From: Phyllobates terribilis
Taxonomy: Eukaryota
DNA: 64,000 nt
Assembly (NCBI RefSeq): GCF_046119375.1
Contig: NW_027362769.1
Coordinates: 359,786,001 to 359,850,000 of the forward strand
Direction: 5' to 3'
Part shown: piece after piece, positions 26,582-39,400 of the stretch
Layout of the letters: each line of letters opens with the position of its first letter
Numbering within the stretch: position 1 is the stretch's first letter
The notes under the pieces: model-generated
Databases searched by the model: none
Told to the model about the DNA's origin: nothing
Seen by the model: the letters and a program-made list of their open reading frames with translations, nothing else
Translations under genes and position numbers: made by a program

Positions 26582-29500
26582 TTCTATTAGTCCATCTATA
26601 CTGACCTCCATCAGGTTGCAAATTGAATATAATTTTTTTCTGCATCTACCTCTGAAAAAATATTTGGCTTTCTAGCAGTGTGTGGGACTTTCTCTATTAG
26701 TCCATCTATACTGACCTCCATCAGGTTGCAAACTGAATATATTTTTTTCTGCATCTACCTCTGAAAAAATATTGGGCTTGTAGCTGTGTATGGGACTTGT
26801 TCTATTAATCTATCTATACAGACCTCCATCAGGTTGCAAACTGAATATAATTTTTTTCTGCATCTACCTCTGAAAAAATATTTGGGCTTCTAGCTGTGCG
26901 TGGGACTTGTTCTACTACTCCATCTATATTGACCTCCATCAGGTTGCAAATTGAATATCATTTTTTTCTGCATCTAGCTCTGAAAAAATATTGGGCTTCT
27001 AGCTGTGTGTGGGACTTGTTGTATTAGTCCATCTATACTGACCTCCATCAGGTTGCAAACTGAATATATTTTTTTCTGCATCCACCTCTGAAAAAATATT
27101 GGGCTTCTAGCTGTCTTTGGGACTTGTTCTATGAATTCATCTATACAGACCTCCATCAGGTTGCAAACTGAATATAATTTTTTTCTGCATCTAGCTCTGA
27201 AAAAATATTTGGCCTTCTAGCAGTGTGTGGGACTTTCTCCATTAGTCCGTCTATACTGACCTCCTTCAGGTTGCAAACTGAATATATTTTTTTCTGCATC
27301 TACCTCTGAAAAAATATTGGGCTTCTAGCTGTGTGTGGAACTTGTTCTATTAATCCATCTATACAGACCTCCATCAGGTTGCAAACTGAATATAATTTTT
27401 TTCTGCATCTAGCTCTGAAAAAATATTGGGCTTCTAGCTGTGTGTGGGACTTGTTCTATTAATCCATCTATACAGACCTCCATCAGGTTGCAAATTGAAT
27501 ATAATTTTTTTCTGCATCTAGCTCAGAAAAAATATTGGGCTTCTAGCTGTGTGTGGGACTTGTTGTATTAGTCCATCTATACTGACCTCCATCAGGTTGC
27601 AAACTGAATATATTTTTTTCTGCATCTACCTCTGAAAAAATATTTGGCCTTCTAGCAGTGTGTGGGACTTTCTCTATTAGTCCATCTATACTGACCTCCA
27701 TCAGGTTGCAAATTAAAAATAATTTTTATCTGCATCTACCTCTGAAAAAATATTTGGGCTTCTAGCTGTGTGTGGGACTTGTTCTATTACTCCATCTATA
27801 CTGACCTCCATCAGGTTGCAAATTGAATATAATTTTTTTCTGCATCTAGCTCTGAAAAAATATTTGGCTTTCTAGCAGTGTGTGGGACTTGTTCTATTAG
27901 TCCATCTATACTGACCTCCATCAGGTTACAAACTGAATATATTTTTTTCTGCATCTACCTCTGAAAAAATATTGGGCTTCTAGCTGTGTGTGGGACTTGT
28001 TCTATTAATCCATCTATACAGACCTCCATCAGGTTGCAAACTGAATATAATTTTTTTCTGCATCTAGCTCTGAAAAAATATTTGGCCTTCTAGCAGTGTG
28101 TGGGACTTTCTCTATTAGTCCATCTATACTGACCTCCATCAGGTTGCAAATTAAAAACAATTTTTATCTGCATCTACCTCTGAAAAAATATTTGGGCTTT
28201 TAGCTGTGTGTGGGACTTGTTCTATTACTCCATCTATACTGACCTCCATCAGGTTGCAAATTGAATATAATTTTTTTCTGCATCTAGCTCAGAAAAAATA
28301 TTGGGCTTCTAGCTGTGTGTGGGACTTGTTGTATTAGTCCATCTATACTGACCTCCATCAGGTTGCAAACTGAATATATTTTTTTCTGCATCTACCTCTG
28401 AAAAAATGTTGGGCTTCTAGCTGTGTGTGGGACTTGTTCTATTAATCCATCTATACAGACCTCCATCAGGTTGCAAACTGAATATAATTTTTTTCTGCAT
28501 CTAGCTCTGAAAAAATATTTGGCCTTCTAGCTGTGTGTGGGACTTTCTCTTTTAGTCCATCTATACTGACCTCCATCAGGTTGCAAACTGAATATAATTT
28601 TTTTCTGCATCTAGCTCTGAAAAAATATTTGGCCTTCTAGCAGTGTGTGGGACTTTCTCTATTAGTCCATCTATACTGACCTCCATCAGGTTGCAAACTG
28701 AATATAATTTTTTTCTGCATCTAGCTCTGAAAAAATATTTGGCCTTGTAGCAGTGTGTGGGACTTTCTCTATTAGTCCATCTATATTGACCTCCATCAGG
28801 TTGCAAATTAAAAATAATTTTTATCTGCATCTAGCTCTGAAAAAATATTTGGGCTTCTAGCTGTGTGTGGGACTTGTTCTATTACTCCATCTATACTGAC
28901 CTCCATCAGGTTGCAAATTGAATATAATTTTTTTCTGCATCTAGCTCTGAAAAAATATTGGGCTTCTAGCTGTGTGTGGGACTTGTTGTATTAGTCCATC
29001 TATACTGACCTCCATCAGGTTGCAAACTGAATATATTTTTTTCTGCATCTACCTCTGAAAAAATATTGGGCTTCTAGCTGTGTGTGGGACTTGTTCTATT
29101 AATCCATCTATACAGACCTCCATCAGGTTGCAAACTGAATATAATTTTTTTCTGCATCTAGCTCTGAAAAAAAATTTGGCCTTCTAGCAGTGTGTGGGAG
29201 TTTCTCTATTAGTCCATCTATACTGACCTCCATCAGGTTGCAAATTAAAAATAATTTTTATCTGCATCTAGCTCTGTAAAAATATTTGGGCTTCTAGATG
29301 TGTGTGAGACTTGTTCTATTACTCCATCTATACTGAACTCCATTAGGTTGCAAATTGAATATAATTTTTTTCTGCATCTAGCTCTAAAAAAATATTGGGC
29401 TTCTAGCTGTGTGTGGGACTTGTTGTATTAGTCCATCTATACTGACCTCCATCAGGTTGCAAACTGAATATATTTTTTTCTGCATCTACCTCTGAAAAAA

Positions 29501-30472
29501 TATTGGGCTTCTAGCTGTGTGTGGGACTTGTTCTATTAATCCATCTATACAGACCTCCATCAGGTTGCAAACTGAATATAATTTTTTTCTGCATCTAGCT
29601 CTGAAAAAATATTTGGCCTTCTAGCAGTGTGTGGGACTTTCTCTATTAGTCCATCTATACTGACCTCCATCAGGTTGCAAATTAAAAATAATTTTTATCT
29701 GCATCTACCTCTGAAAAAATATTTGGGCTTCTAGCTGTGTGTGGGACTTGTTCTGTTACTCCATCTATACTGACCTCCATCAGGTTGCAAATTGAATATA
29801 ATTTTTTTCTGCATCTAGCTCTGAAAAAATATTGGGCTTCTAGCTGTGTGTGGGACTTGTTGTATTAGTCCATCTATACTGACCTCCATCAGGTTGCAAA
29901 CTGAATATATTTTTTTCTGCATCTACCTCTGAAAAAATATTGGGCTTCTAGCTGTGTGTGGGACTTGTTCTATTAATCCATCTATACAGACCTCCATCAG
30001 GTTGCAAACTGAATATAATTTTTTCTGCATCTAGCTCTGAAAAAATATTTGGCCTTCTAGCAGTGTGTGGGACTTTCTCTATTAGTCCATCTATACTGAC
30101 CTCCATCAGGTTGCAAATTAAAAATAATTTTTATCTGCATCTACCTCTGAAAAAATATTTGGGCTTCTAGCTGTGTGTGGGACTTGTTCTATTACTCCAT
30201 CTATACTGACCTCCATCAGGTTGCAAATTGAATATAATTTTTTTCTGCATCTAGCTCAGAAAAAATATTGGGCTTCTAGCTGTGTGTAGGACTTGTTGTA
30301 TTAGTCCATCTATACTGACCTCCATCAGGTTGCAAACTGAATATATTTTTTTTTGCATCTACCTCTGAAAAAATATTGGGCTTCTAGCTGTGTGTGGGAC
30401 TTGTTCTATTAATCCATCTATACAGACCTCCATCAGATTGCAAACTGAATATAATTTTTTTCTGCATCTAGC
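26582..30472. repeat. ~109-110-bp satellite with 4-mer (437-bp) higher-order repeat, left part
   Basis: About 35 units. The GGCCTT variant unit recurs at 27646, 28084, 28521 and at 28741, 29178, 29615, 30051. Confidence 0.95.
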
Positions 30473-31036
30473 TGTCACGCTGTCTCTGTATACTGGAGGT
30501 AGGGAGCCTAAGCTGACCCTAAGCTGGGGCCCTGACTAATCCCTCAACCTGGAGGTACTGTTAAAGGTACAGAGGTCCAGGCCGCCAGCGTAACCCCTAC
30601 CTCCTGAGGATCCCTGCACCTAAGTAATCTAGTCCTGAGAAGGACCCCGATCACAACAAAAGAGGACAAGTAATAATATGCCCACACACAGTACTTAGAC
30701 GAACGAGACAGTACAAGGGAAAAACCAAAACCACCTTGCATACAAAAACTACACAACTACAACAGAGGGAACTCCAACGGGAAAGGAGATAAATGATAAA
30801 GCGAGGAAGGGAAAAAACACTCCAAATACACTTATCTCAGAAACTCCAAATGCAACGATCCGCTCTGTAAGTCTGTGTGAAATGCTTTCACCGACACTTC
30901 CCAAACAGACCAGCAGGCATATGATGGAATCTCATTACAGCAACATTGATTGCAGCTGGGCGAGGCTGGACCTCGTCTAGCACAGAGAGAGAGAGAATTA
31001 ACTCCCTCACTGCCGAAAACACCAAGCACCAAAAAG

Positions 31037-34000
31037 TCAGCTGCGAGAAGTCAGGCTGTGTAATCGTGACGATCTTCGTGGCGACACACCCGTGACAGTA
31101 CCCCCCCTTCTACGAGGGGCCTCCGGACCCTCAGGGCCAGGTTTATCCGGGTGAGTCGTGTGGAAGGCCCGAACTAATCGGTCTGCGTTAATATCCGACG
31201 CAGGAACCCACATCCTCTCCTCAGGACCATACCCTTTCCAATGAACCAGGTACTGAAGGGACCGGCGATTAAAACGTGAATCGATGACCCTTGATACCTG
31301 GAACTCCAAGTTACCATTGACCACCACTGGAGGGGGAGGTAAAGGTGACGGTACCACCGGCGCCACATACCTCTTAAGCAACGATCTGTGGAACACGTTG
31401 TGAATTTTAAACGTAGGGGGGAGGTCAAGACGGAATGCCACCGGATTAATAATAGAACTGATTCTGTATGGCCCGATGAACCTGGGACCCAGTTTCCAGG
31501 AGGGAACCTTAAGTTTAATATTCCTGGTAGACAACCATACCCGATCGTTCACACTTAGGTCCGGACCAGACACTCTCCTCCTATCAGCCATACGTTTGTA
31601 TTGGTTCCCCATAGTATTCAGATTCTTCAGCACCCCTCTCCATACTGAAGCGAGTGATGAGGAAAATCGTTCCTCCTCAGGAACCCCCGAAGAGCCCCCC
31701 CTACTGAAAGTACAAAACTGGGGGTGAAAACCATATGCCCCAAAAAACGGGGACTTACCAGTGGACTCGCTCCGCCTATTATTAAGAGCAAACTCTGCCA
31801 GAGGTAAGAAAGAAGCCCAGTCCTCCTGGTTCTCTGACACAAAACACCGGAGATATGTCTCCAAGCTCTGGTTCATACGTTCCGTCTGACCATTGGTCTG
31901 AGGGTGAAAAGCCGATGAAAATGACAAATGCATCCCCCGCCATGCACAAAACGCCTTCCAGAACTTGGACACAAACTGAGACCCCCGATCAGACACCACA
32001 TCGGAGGGTACCCCGTGAAGCCTCACAATCTCCCCAATGAACACCTGCGCAAGAGTTTTAGCATTAGGGAGAGCCGGAAGAGCGATAAAATGTGCCATCT
32101 TGCTGAACCTGTCCACTACAACGAGTATGACCGTTTTACCCGAAGACGGAGGGAGGTCCGTAATAAAGTCCATAGACAGATGAGTCCAAGGACGCTCCGG
32201 GATCTTCAAAGGTAAGAGGGCCCCAGACGGACGGGTATGTGAGGTCTTAGAGCGCGCACAAACCCCACAGGACGCGACAAAAGTTACCACCTCCTTATGT
32301 AAGTTAGGCCACCAAAACCGACGCGAGAGGAGATCCACAGTTGCTTTACTCCCCGGGTGTCCTGCCAAAACTGAGTTATGGTGTGCCTCGATCACCTTTT
32401 GTCGCAACTGATCTGGAACAAACAGTCTCCCCGGAGGTCCAACAGGGGCGTCCCCCTGAGCCTCCAATACCTCCTCCTCCAGCTCAGAGCATACTGCCGA
32501 AACCACCACCCCCTCCTGAAGGATAGGAATCGGGTCGTCCGTATTCCCGGCCCCAGGGAAACTACGAGATAAGGCATCCGCCTTTACATTTTTTGACCCA
32601 GGACGATATGTAACGACAAAATTAAACCTGGTAAAAAACAATGACCACCTAGCTTGTCTGGGATTCAGACGTTTCGCGGACTCCAGATATAGCAGGTTCT
32701 TGTGATCGGTGATGACGGTGACCGGATGGACTGCCCCCTCCAAAAAATGGCGCCACTCCTCAAAAGCTAACTTAATGGCCAAGAGTTCCCTATTGCCGAC
32801 ATCGTAATTCCTCTCAGCGGACGACAATTTTTTAGAGAAAAAGGCGCACGGATGCCACTTACCAGGGGACGAACCTTGTGACAATACTGCTCCCACCCCT
32901 ACCTCGGAAGCGTCTACCTCTACAATGAATGGCTGTGACGCATCAGGTTGAATGAGTATGGGTGCCGAGGCAAAACATTTTTTCAAGGAGGAGAATGCTT
33001 GACAAGCCTTGTCAGACCACCTAGAAAAATCCGTCCCCTTTTTAGTCATGTCTGTGAGAGGCTTAACCATGGACGAGAAATTACGAATGAACTTCCGGTA
33101 ATAATTAGCAAACCCCAGGAAACGTTGTAGTGCCTTAAGATTCTCTGGCCGATCCCACTCAAGAACTGCCCGCACTTTCCCAGGGTCCATACGAAAACCG
33201 GACGCTGAAACCAGGAAGCCTAAAAACTGGAGTTCCTGTACGGCGAACACACACTTTTCCCATTTGGCATACAGTTTATTATCCCGCAAGATCTGTAACA
33301 CCTGCCTAACGTGCTCCTGATGAGACACCAGATCCGGCGAGTAAATTAAGATATCATCCAGATATATGACAACAAACTGTCCCACCAGGCGGCGAAAAAT
33401 GTCATTAACAAAGTGTTGGAACACCGCCGGGGCATTAGTCAGACCGAATGGCATGACAAGGTTCTCATAATGCCCCTCCGGAGTGTTAAACGCCGTCTTC
33501 CACTCATCCCCCTCCTTCATCCTAATCAGATTGTACGCCCCCCTGAGATCCAACTTAGAGAACCATTTGGCGCCCACGATCTGATTAAAGAGATCGGGAA
33601 TAAGTGGGAGTGGATACGGATCTCGGACCGTAATCCGATTAAGTTCACGGAAATCCAGGCAAGGGCGTAGGCCTCCATCTTTCTTCTTAACAAAGAAGAA
33701 CCCCGCAGCCACCGGTGAAGATGAAGGTCTAATATGCCCCTTAGCCAGACTTTCTGAAATATAATCCTTCATGGCCTGCCTCTCAGGACCAGAAAGGTTA
33801 TACAACCTAGCTTTAGGTAACTTGGCCTCAGGGAGCAGTTTTACAGAACAGTCATACTCGCGATGAGGAGGTAGTTCCTGACACCCTTTCTCTGAGAATA
33901 CATCCTCAAAGTCCGCCAGAAATGGAGGTAAGACCCAAGGAGTAACCGCACCGATGACCGTGTTCATGCAGTTTATATTACAGAATTTACTCCATTGGCT

Positions 34001-34411
34001 TATCTCTCTGGTTTGCCAATTAATAACCGGGTTATGCTTAGTTAACCAAGGAAGGCCCAACACTATAGGAGCGGGAAGACCCTCCAACACGTAGCAAGAC
34101 AACAGTTCTTTATGTATCGCCCCCACTTGAAGTTTTACGTCATGCACAGCTTGCAAAAAACTTCCCTGACCGAGAGGCCTGGCATCGATCGAGAATATGG
34201 GGATGGGTTTAGCCAACTCACTCAATCGCATACCTTGAACCCGGGCAAACCGAGCATCAACCAGATTAGCCCCGGCCCCACTATCCAGAAGAACAGATAT
34301 CCTCTCAGTTCTCGTACCCACCACCACCTCCGCCGGTACGAGAAACTGAGACGAACCTAGGGACGAAATACCTACTCCCAGATTGCCGTCCACCACACAA
34401 CCTGGGATCAA
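31037..34411 (-). CDS. Gypsy pol (PR-RT-RNase H-IN-chromodomain), probably reached by -1 frameshift
   Basis: LLDSGA, YLDD, VEVDAS, ERNY, HHCC, DFITD..SDRG..TERMN, GPY, C-terminal EFQVSRVIDSR..YLVHWKGY chromodomain; no internal stops. Confidence 0.96.
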   Translation of the reverse strand: MIPGCVVDGNLGVGISSLGSSQFLVPAEVVVGTRTERISVLLDSGAGANLVDARFARVQGMRLSELAKPIPIFSIDARPLGQGSFLQAVHDVKLQVGAIHKELLSCYVLEGLPAPIVLGLPWLTKHNPVINWQTREISQWSKFCNINCMNTVIGAVTPWVLPPFLADFEDVFSEKGCQELPPHREYDCSVKLLPEAKLPKARLYNLSGPERQAMKDYISESLAKGHIRPSSSPVAAGFFFVKKKDGGLRPCLDFRELNRITVRDPYPLPLIPDLFNQIVGAKWFSKLDLRGAYNLIRMKEGDEWKTAFNTPEGHYENLVMPFGLTNAPAVFQHFVNDIFRRLVGQFVVIYLDDILIYSPDLVSHQEHVRQVLQILRDNKLYAKWEKCVFAVQELQFLGFLVSASGFRMDPGKVRAVLEWDRPENLKALQRFLGFANYYRKFIRNFSSMVKPLTDMTKKGTDFSRWSDKACQAFSSLKKCFASAPILIQPDASQPFIVEVDASEVGVGAVLSQGSSPGKWHPCAFFSKKLSSAERNYDVGNRELLAIKLAFEEWRHFLEGAVHPVTVITDHKNLLYLESAKRLNPRQARWSLFFTRFNFVVTYRPGSKNVKADALSRSFPGAGNTDDPIPILQEGVVVSAVCSELEEEVLEAQGDAPVGPPGRLFVPDQLRQKVIEAHHNSVLAGHPGSKATVDLLSRRFWWPNLHKEVVTFVASCGVCARSKTSHTRPSGALLPLKIPERPWTHLSMDFITDLPPSSGKTVILVVVDRFSKMAHFIALPALPNAKTLAQVFIGEIVRLHGVPSDVVSDRGSQFVSKFWKAFCAWRGMHLSFSSAFHPQTNGQTERMNQSLETYLRCFVSENQEDWASFLPLAEFALNNRRSESTGKSPFFGAYGFHPQFCTFSRGGSSGVPEEERFSSSLASVWRGVLKNLNTMGNQYKRMADRRRVSGPDLSVNDRVWLSTRNIKLKVPSWKLGPRFIGPYRISSIINPVAFRLDLPPTFKIHNVFHRSLLKRYVAPVVPSPLPPPPVVVNGNLEFQVSRVIDSRFNRRSLQYLVHWKGYGPEERMWVPASDINADRLVRAFHTTHPDKPGPEGPEAPRRRGGTVTGVSPRRSSRLHSLTSRS

Positions 34412-35247
34412 CAGTTTTCCGACGACTCTTCACTCTGCAAGGGACGGGATGGACACCCCCCAATAAAATGTCCCTTTCTCCCGCAGAAGAAACACCTTCC
34501 TGTCTTATGGCGCACCACCGGTCCCCTCCCCCGAAAAGATGTCCCTCCTAATTGCATAGGCTCCTCTGGACTGACCAGGGGAACCACCATATGAGGGGAC
34601 CTTGTAGGAGGTGGAGTCATCACAGGGGGTCGAGTTATCCCGCACCTCTCCCGAAGCCGTCTGTCAACGCGAATAGCCAGGGCCATAGCGGCTTCCAGTG
34701 ACGCGGGAGAGTCATACTGTGCCAACACATCCTGTAATTTGTCGGATAAACCTTGACAAAACTGGCTCCTAAGAGCCGGGTCATTCCACTGGGTGTCCGT
34801 GGCCCACCTACGGAACTCCGAACAGAATTCCTCCGCCGGACGATCTCCCTGCTGGATCCTACGTAACTTATACTCAGCAAGGGAGATCCGATCTGGGTCA
34901 TCATATACGAGTCCCAGAGCAGCGAAAAACCTATCCACTGACTGGAGAGCCGGGGAGCCCGGGGGAAGAGAGAACGCCCAAGATTGTGGGTCCCCTTGTA
35001 GGAGCGAGATGACAATTCCCACCCTTTGTTCTTCACTCCCCGATGACCGAGGCCGCAGCCGAAAGTACAATTTGCATGCCTCCCGGAAAACAAAAAACTT
35101 GTCCCGCCCCCCAGTGAACCTGTCAGGGAGAGCTACTTTAGGTTCTGGTCCGGCTTGCTCCAGAGGATGCAAAACCTTGGACCTAACCTCCGCCAGCTCC
35201 ATGGACAAACTCTGCAACTGCCGAGCTAGACCGGCTACTGGATCCAT
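34408..35247 (-). CDS. Gypsy gag with CCHC zinc knuckle
   Basis: 279 aa; LPDRFTG, CFFCGRKGHFIGGC; PEG10/RTL-like capsid region. Confidence 0.95.
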   Translation of the reverse strand: MDPVAGLARQLQSLSMELAEVRSKVLHPLEQAGPEPKVALPDRFTGGRDKFFVFREACKLYFRLRPRSSGSEEQRVGIVISLLQGDPQSWAFSLPPGSPALQSVDRFFAALGLVYDDPDRISLAEYKLRRIQQGDRPAEEFCSEFRRWATDTQWNDPALRSQFCQGLSDKLQDVLAQYDSPASLEAAMALAIRVDRRLRERCGITRPPVMTPPPTRSPHMVVPLVSPEEPMQLGGTSFRGRGPVVRHKTGRCFFCGRKGHFIGGCPSRPLQSEESSENC

Positions 35248-35907
35248 GGTAGCTGGAGAAAAACTAAGTGGGTCGGTGAAAATGTCACGCTGTCTCTGTA
35301 TACTGGAGGTAGGGAACCTAAGCTGACCCTAAGCTGGGGCCCTGACTAATCCCTCAACCTGGAGGTACTGTTAAAGGTACAGAGGTCCAGGCCGCCAGCG
35401 TAACCCCTACCTCCTGAGGATCCCTGCACCTAAGTAATCTAGTCCTGAGAAGGACCCCAATCACAACAAAAGAGGACAAGTAATAATATGCCCACACACA
35501 GTACTTAGACGAACGAGACAGTACAAGGGAAAAACCAAAACCACCTTGCATACAAAAACTACACAACTACAACAGAGGGAACTCCAACGGGAAAGGAGAT
35601 AAATGATAAAGCGAGGAAGGGAAAAAACACTCCAAATACACTTATCTCAGAAACTCCAAATACAACGATCCGCTCTGTAAGTCTGTGTGAAATGCTTTCA
35701 CCGACACTTCCCAAACAGACCAGCAGGCATATGAAGGAGTCTCATTACAGCAACATTGATTGCAGCTGGGCGAGGCTGGACCTCGTCTAGCACAGAGAGA
35801 GAGAGAATTAACTCCCTCACTGCCGAAAACACCAAGCACCAAAAAGTCAGCTGCGAGAAGACAGGCTGTGTAATCGTGACGATCTTCGTGGCGACACACC
35901 CGTGACA

Positions 35908-36348
35908 CTAGCTCTGAAAAAATATTTGGCCTTCTAGCAGTGTGTGGGACTTTCTCTATTAGTCCATCTATACTGACCTCCATCAGGTTGCAAACTGAAT
36001 ATAATTTTTTTCTGCATCAGCTCTGAAAAAATATTTGGCCTTCTAGCAGTGTGTGGGACTTTCTCTATTAGTCCATCTATACTGACCTCCATCAGGTTGC
36101 AAACTGAATATAATTTTTTTCTGCATCTAGCTCTGAAAAAATATTTGGCCTTCTAGCAGTGTGTGGGACTTTCTCTATTAGTCCATCTATACTGACCTCC
36201 ATCAGGTTGCAAACTGAATATAATTTTTTTCTGCATCTAGCTCTGAAAAAATATTTGGCCTTCTAGCAGTGTGTGGGACTTTCTCTATTAGTCCATCTAT
36301 ACTGACCTCCATCAGGTTGCAAATTGAATATAATTTTTTTCTACATCT
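35908..36348. repeat. 110-bp satellite, right part (4 units)
   Basis: Same unit resumes after the Gypsy TSD; period 36127-36237 is 110 bp. Confidence 0.95.
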
Positions 36349-36465
36349 AACCCAGCCAATAGTTTTGGCCTAATACCACAGTTTGGCCACTCAGCTCTGC
36401 TCGGTTACCATCCATTGTTTTTTTGTGCAAACAACTCCAGAGTTGTGAATTAGTTAACCACCAAA

Positions 36466-39400
36466 ATGAGTGGAAAAAGGCCTGCTGCTGGTGGAAAGGG
36501 GAATAGGCGTGTTGGGAATGGGAAAAAAGGTTGTGTCCGTGGGGTAGGTGTTAAAGCAACAGTAACATCTGCAGAAGAAAGACCATCTTCCAGCCAAACT
36601 AAAATGTCTACTTCTTTTAGCGGACAATGTGATAAGATCCCTTTCTTACGGCCACGCCAATCGCTACAAATTCCAGATGAGGCACAAAAACAGCAGGTGC
36701 TTCAACGGATATCAAGTGCTCCTTTAAGTGGGCTCTCCTCCACATCAAGTTCAACATCACAAATACTCCAGTCCTCAAAGGTGTCACCCCAATCGCACTT
36801 GCTTCCTCACAGCTCCCAAATCTCCAGCTGCCCGTCTGAGTATGAGGTAGAACAGATGGTTGAGTCTGCAGAGCTGTTTACTCATACTATAGCCTGGGAA
36901 TCAGAGGTCGACTCCAGCGCTTCTGTGAATCCAGACGAGGAAATGATCTGCACTGATGCCCAGAATCTTTATGAGTCGGATCCAGGACCAGACGCAGAAG
37001 GTTCTGACCATAATGTAGACCCTCATTCCCAAACTGTAACTCCTGTTGGTGGAGACAATGAGGAAGACGATGATGAGACTCAAATACCTGATTGGAGCGA
37101 CAACTTTAGTTTTTTGTCAGGGCAGGAACAGGTTGGCTCTGAGGACGACGGGTGTGATAACGCACAGGGTGATGATGATGAGGTTGGAGATCCCACTTAC
37201 TGTCAACCCACAGTCAGCCAAGAGATGAGGTCAGCCGAGGAGGTGGAGGAAAATGCTAGTGACGACGAGGTCAGGTTGCGCCTTTCTGGACAGAGACGTA
37301 GTACTGGAAGCACGTCAACAACTGCATCCTCAAACACAACTCTGCCTCTCACCACAAGTCGTGGTGGCTCTTCAGGTCGCATGGGTGCTAAGCCTTGCAT
37401 AGCCTGGGCATTTTTTCAGATCGATAAAGATGACCCAACTCGTGTTATCTGTAACATTTGTCAGCAAAAGCTAAGTAGAGGCCAAAAAATACATAGTTTG
37501 AGTACTTCATGCATGAACCGGCACATGGACATGAAGCATAAGTTGCAGTGGGAAGCTCAGTGTGCTACAATGCGGCCTTGCCAGCCGGGCCAACCACCGT
37601 CTGCCATATCTTGTGCATCCGCGGCCTCTTCATCCTCTGTGACTGGGGGGACAGCAGTCACACCTGTTTTGGGGCGCAGACCTGCCACCTCTTTACCCGC
37701 AACAGCCAGCGTGATTGGCAGGTCATCATTTTCTTTGGAGGTGGTAACACCAGCTGGTGTTGAGCGCTGTCCGACATCGATAGCACCACCTTTGGATCAA
37801 GGCAACCTAACATGTCCGCCTGCATCTTCCTCACAAACCGGCAGTTTGCCTTGGACACCCTTATCAACCCCGTCTAAGCACAATAGCCAGCCCTCGGTCC
37901 CTCAGATGTGGACAAGTAAAAGACCATTTCCTCCTAGCCATGAGAAAGCTAAGAGGTTGAATTTCACCATCTGCAAGCTCTTGGCTACAGAAATGCTGCC
38001 TTTCCGCCTGGTGGACACAGAGGATTTTCGAGACCTTATGTCCGTCGCAGTGCCCCAGTACCAGATGCCCAGTCGGCACTACTTCTCAAAGAAAGGTGTG
38101 CCTGCGCTCCACCAGCATGTCGCACACAACATCACCGCTTCTTTGAGAAACTCTGTGTGTGACAGGGTGCATTTCACCACAGACACTGGACGAGTAGGCA
38201 TAGACAGGGGCGTTACATGTCGCTGACTGGGCACTGGGTATCTATGATGACAGCAGGACAAGGGGCTGCTGTCCAAGTCTTGCCGTCCCCACGAGTTGTG
38301 CGTCAATCCTCTTTATGTCAAAGTTCCTCCACTGCTTCTGCCTCCTCAACCTCCTCTCGGTCTTCCACCTGCACCCAAAGCCTGTCTGGTCATGCCATAA
38401 GCTTTCTAACTGCGCAGAAGGGATACTGCACACATCCTTACTATGCTGGCAGTAGGGCTCAACGTCATCAGGCGGTTTTTACTTTGAAATGTCTGGGAAA
38501 TGTGTGTCACACAGCTGAGGAGTTGTGGTCAGCTCTGGAGAACCAATTTCATGAATGGTTGTCTCCACTGGACCTGAAACAAGGGAAGGCCGTGTGCGAC
38601 AATGCTGCAAACCTGGGTGCGGCCCTTCGCCGGGGCAATGTCACACACGTGCCTTGTATGGCTCACGTGTTGAACCTGGTTGTCCAGGAATTTTTAGCCC
38701 ACTATCCCAGACTAGATGGCCTTCTGCAGAGGGCACGGTCGCTGTGTGCTCACTTCCGCCGTTCGCATCCCTCAGCTCAGCGACTTACATCTCTACAGAA
38801 GTCGTTGGGCCTGTCACTTCACCGGCTAAAATGCGATGTGCCTACCCGGTGGAATTCAACTCTGCACATGTTGCAGCGACTGTGGCAGCACCGACAAGCC
38901 CTGGTGCAATACGTTCTGACGTATATCCTGGGCCAACGAGATCCAGACGTGGGGCAAATCACGTGGGAGGAGTGGTCTCAGATCAGGGACCTATGCACCC
39001 TTCTGCACAGTTTTGAAATGGCGACGAAGATGTTTAGTGCTGACGATGCCATTATCAGCATGACTATTCCGGTGATTTACATGCTGGAGCACATGTTAAA
39101 CAGAATTCGGAGTCAGGTGGTGGCACAAGAGGAGGTGGAGGAAGTAGAGGAGGAGGAGTTGTATGCGGAAGGGCTAACATCTGCAAGGTCCAGACGGTCG
39201 GCAGCACCAAGGCGGCAGGCATGTGAGGGTGGGGGAGATGGTTTTACCAGGGCGCATGGTAGCAGCCAAACTAGTGAGGAAGGTGCAGGAGCCCAGGAAG
39301 AAGTGGAGGACGAACTGATGGAAGACTCATCAGATGAGGGAGACCTTGATCACATTTCTGTTGTGCGAGGTTGGGGGGAGAGGACAGAGGAAGGAAGCAT

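Larger units (their letters stand above)
30473..35907 (-). mobile_element. Full-length intact chromodomain Gypsy (Tf1/sushi group), 5,435 bp
   Basis: Two 625-bp LTRs (30473-31097, 35283-35907) differing at about 6 positions; 5-bp TSD CTAGC; PPT AGGGGGGGTAC next to 31097; open gag and pol. Confidence 0.98.

Noticed and set aside
26582-30472. CRISPR-like appearance of regular arrays (also 1-1450)
   Set aside because: Units are contiguous with no unique spacers, there are no cas genes, and the context is eukaryotic.
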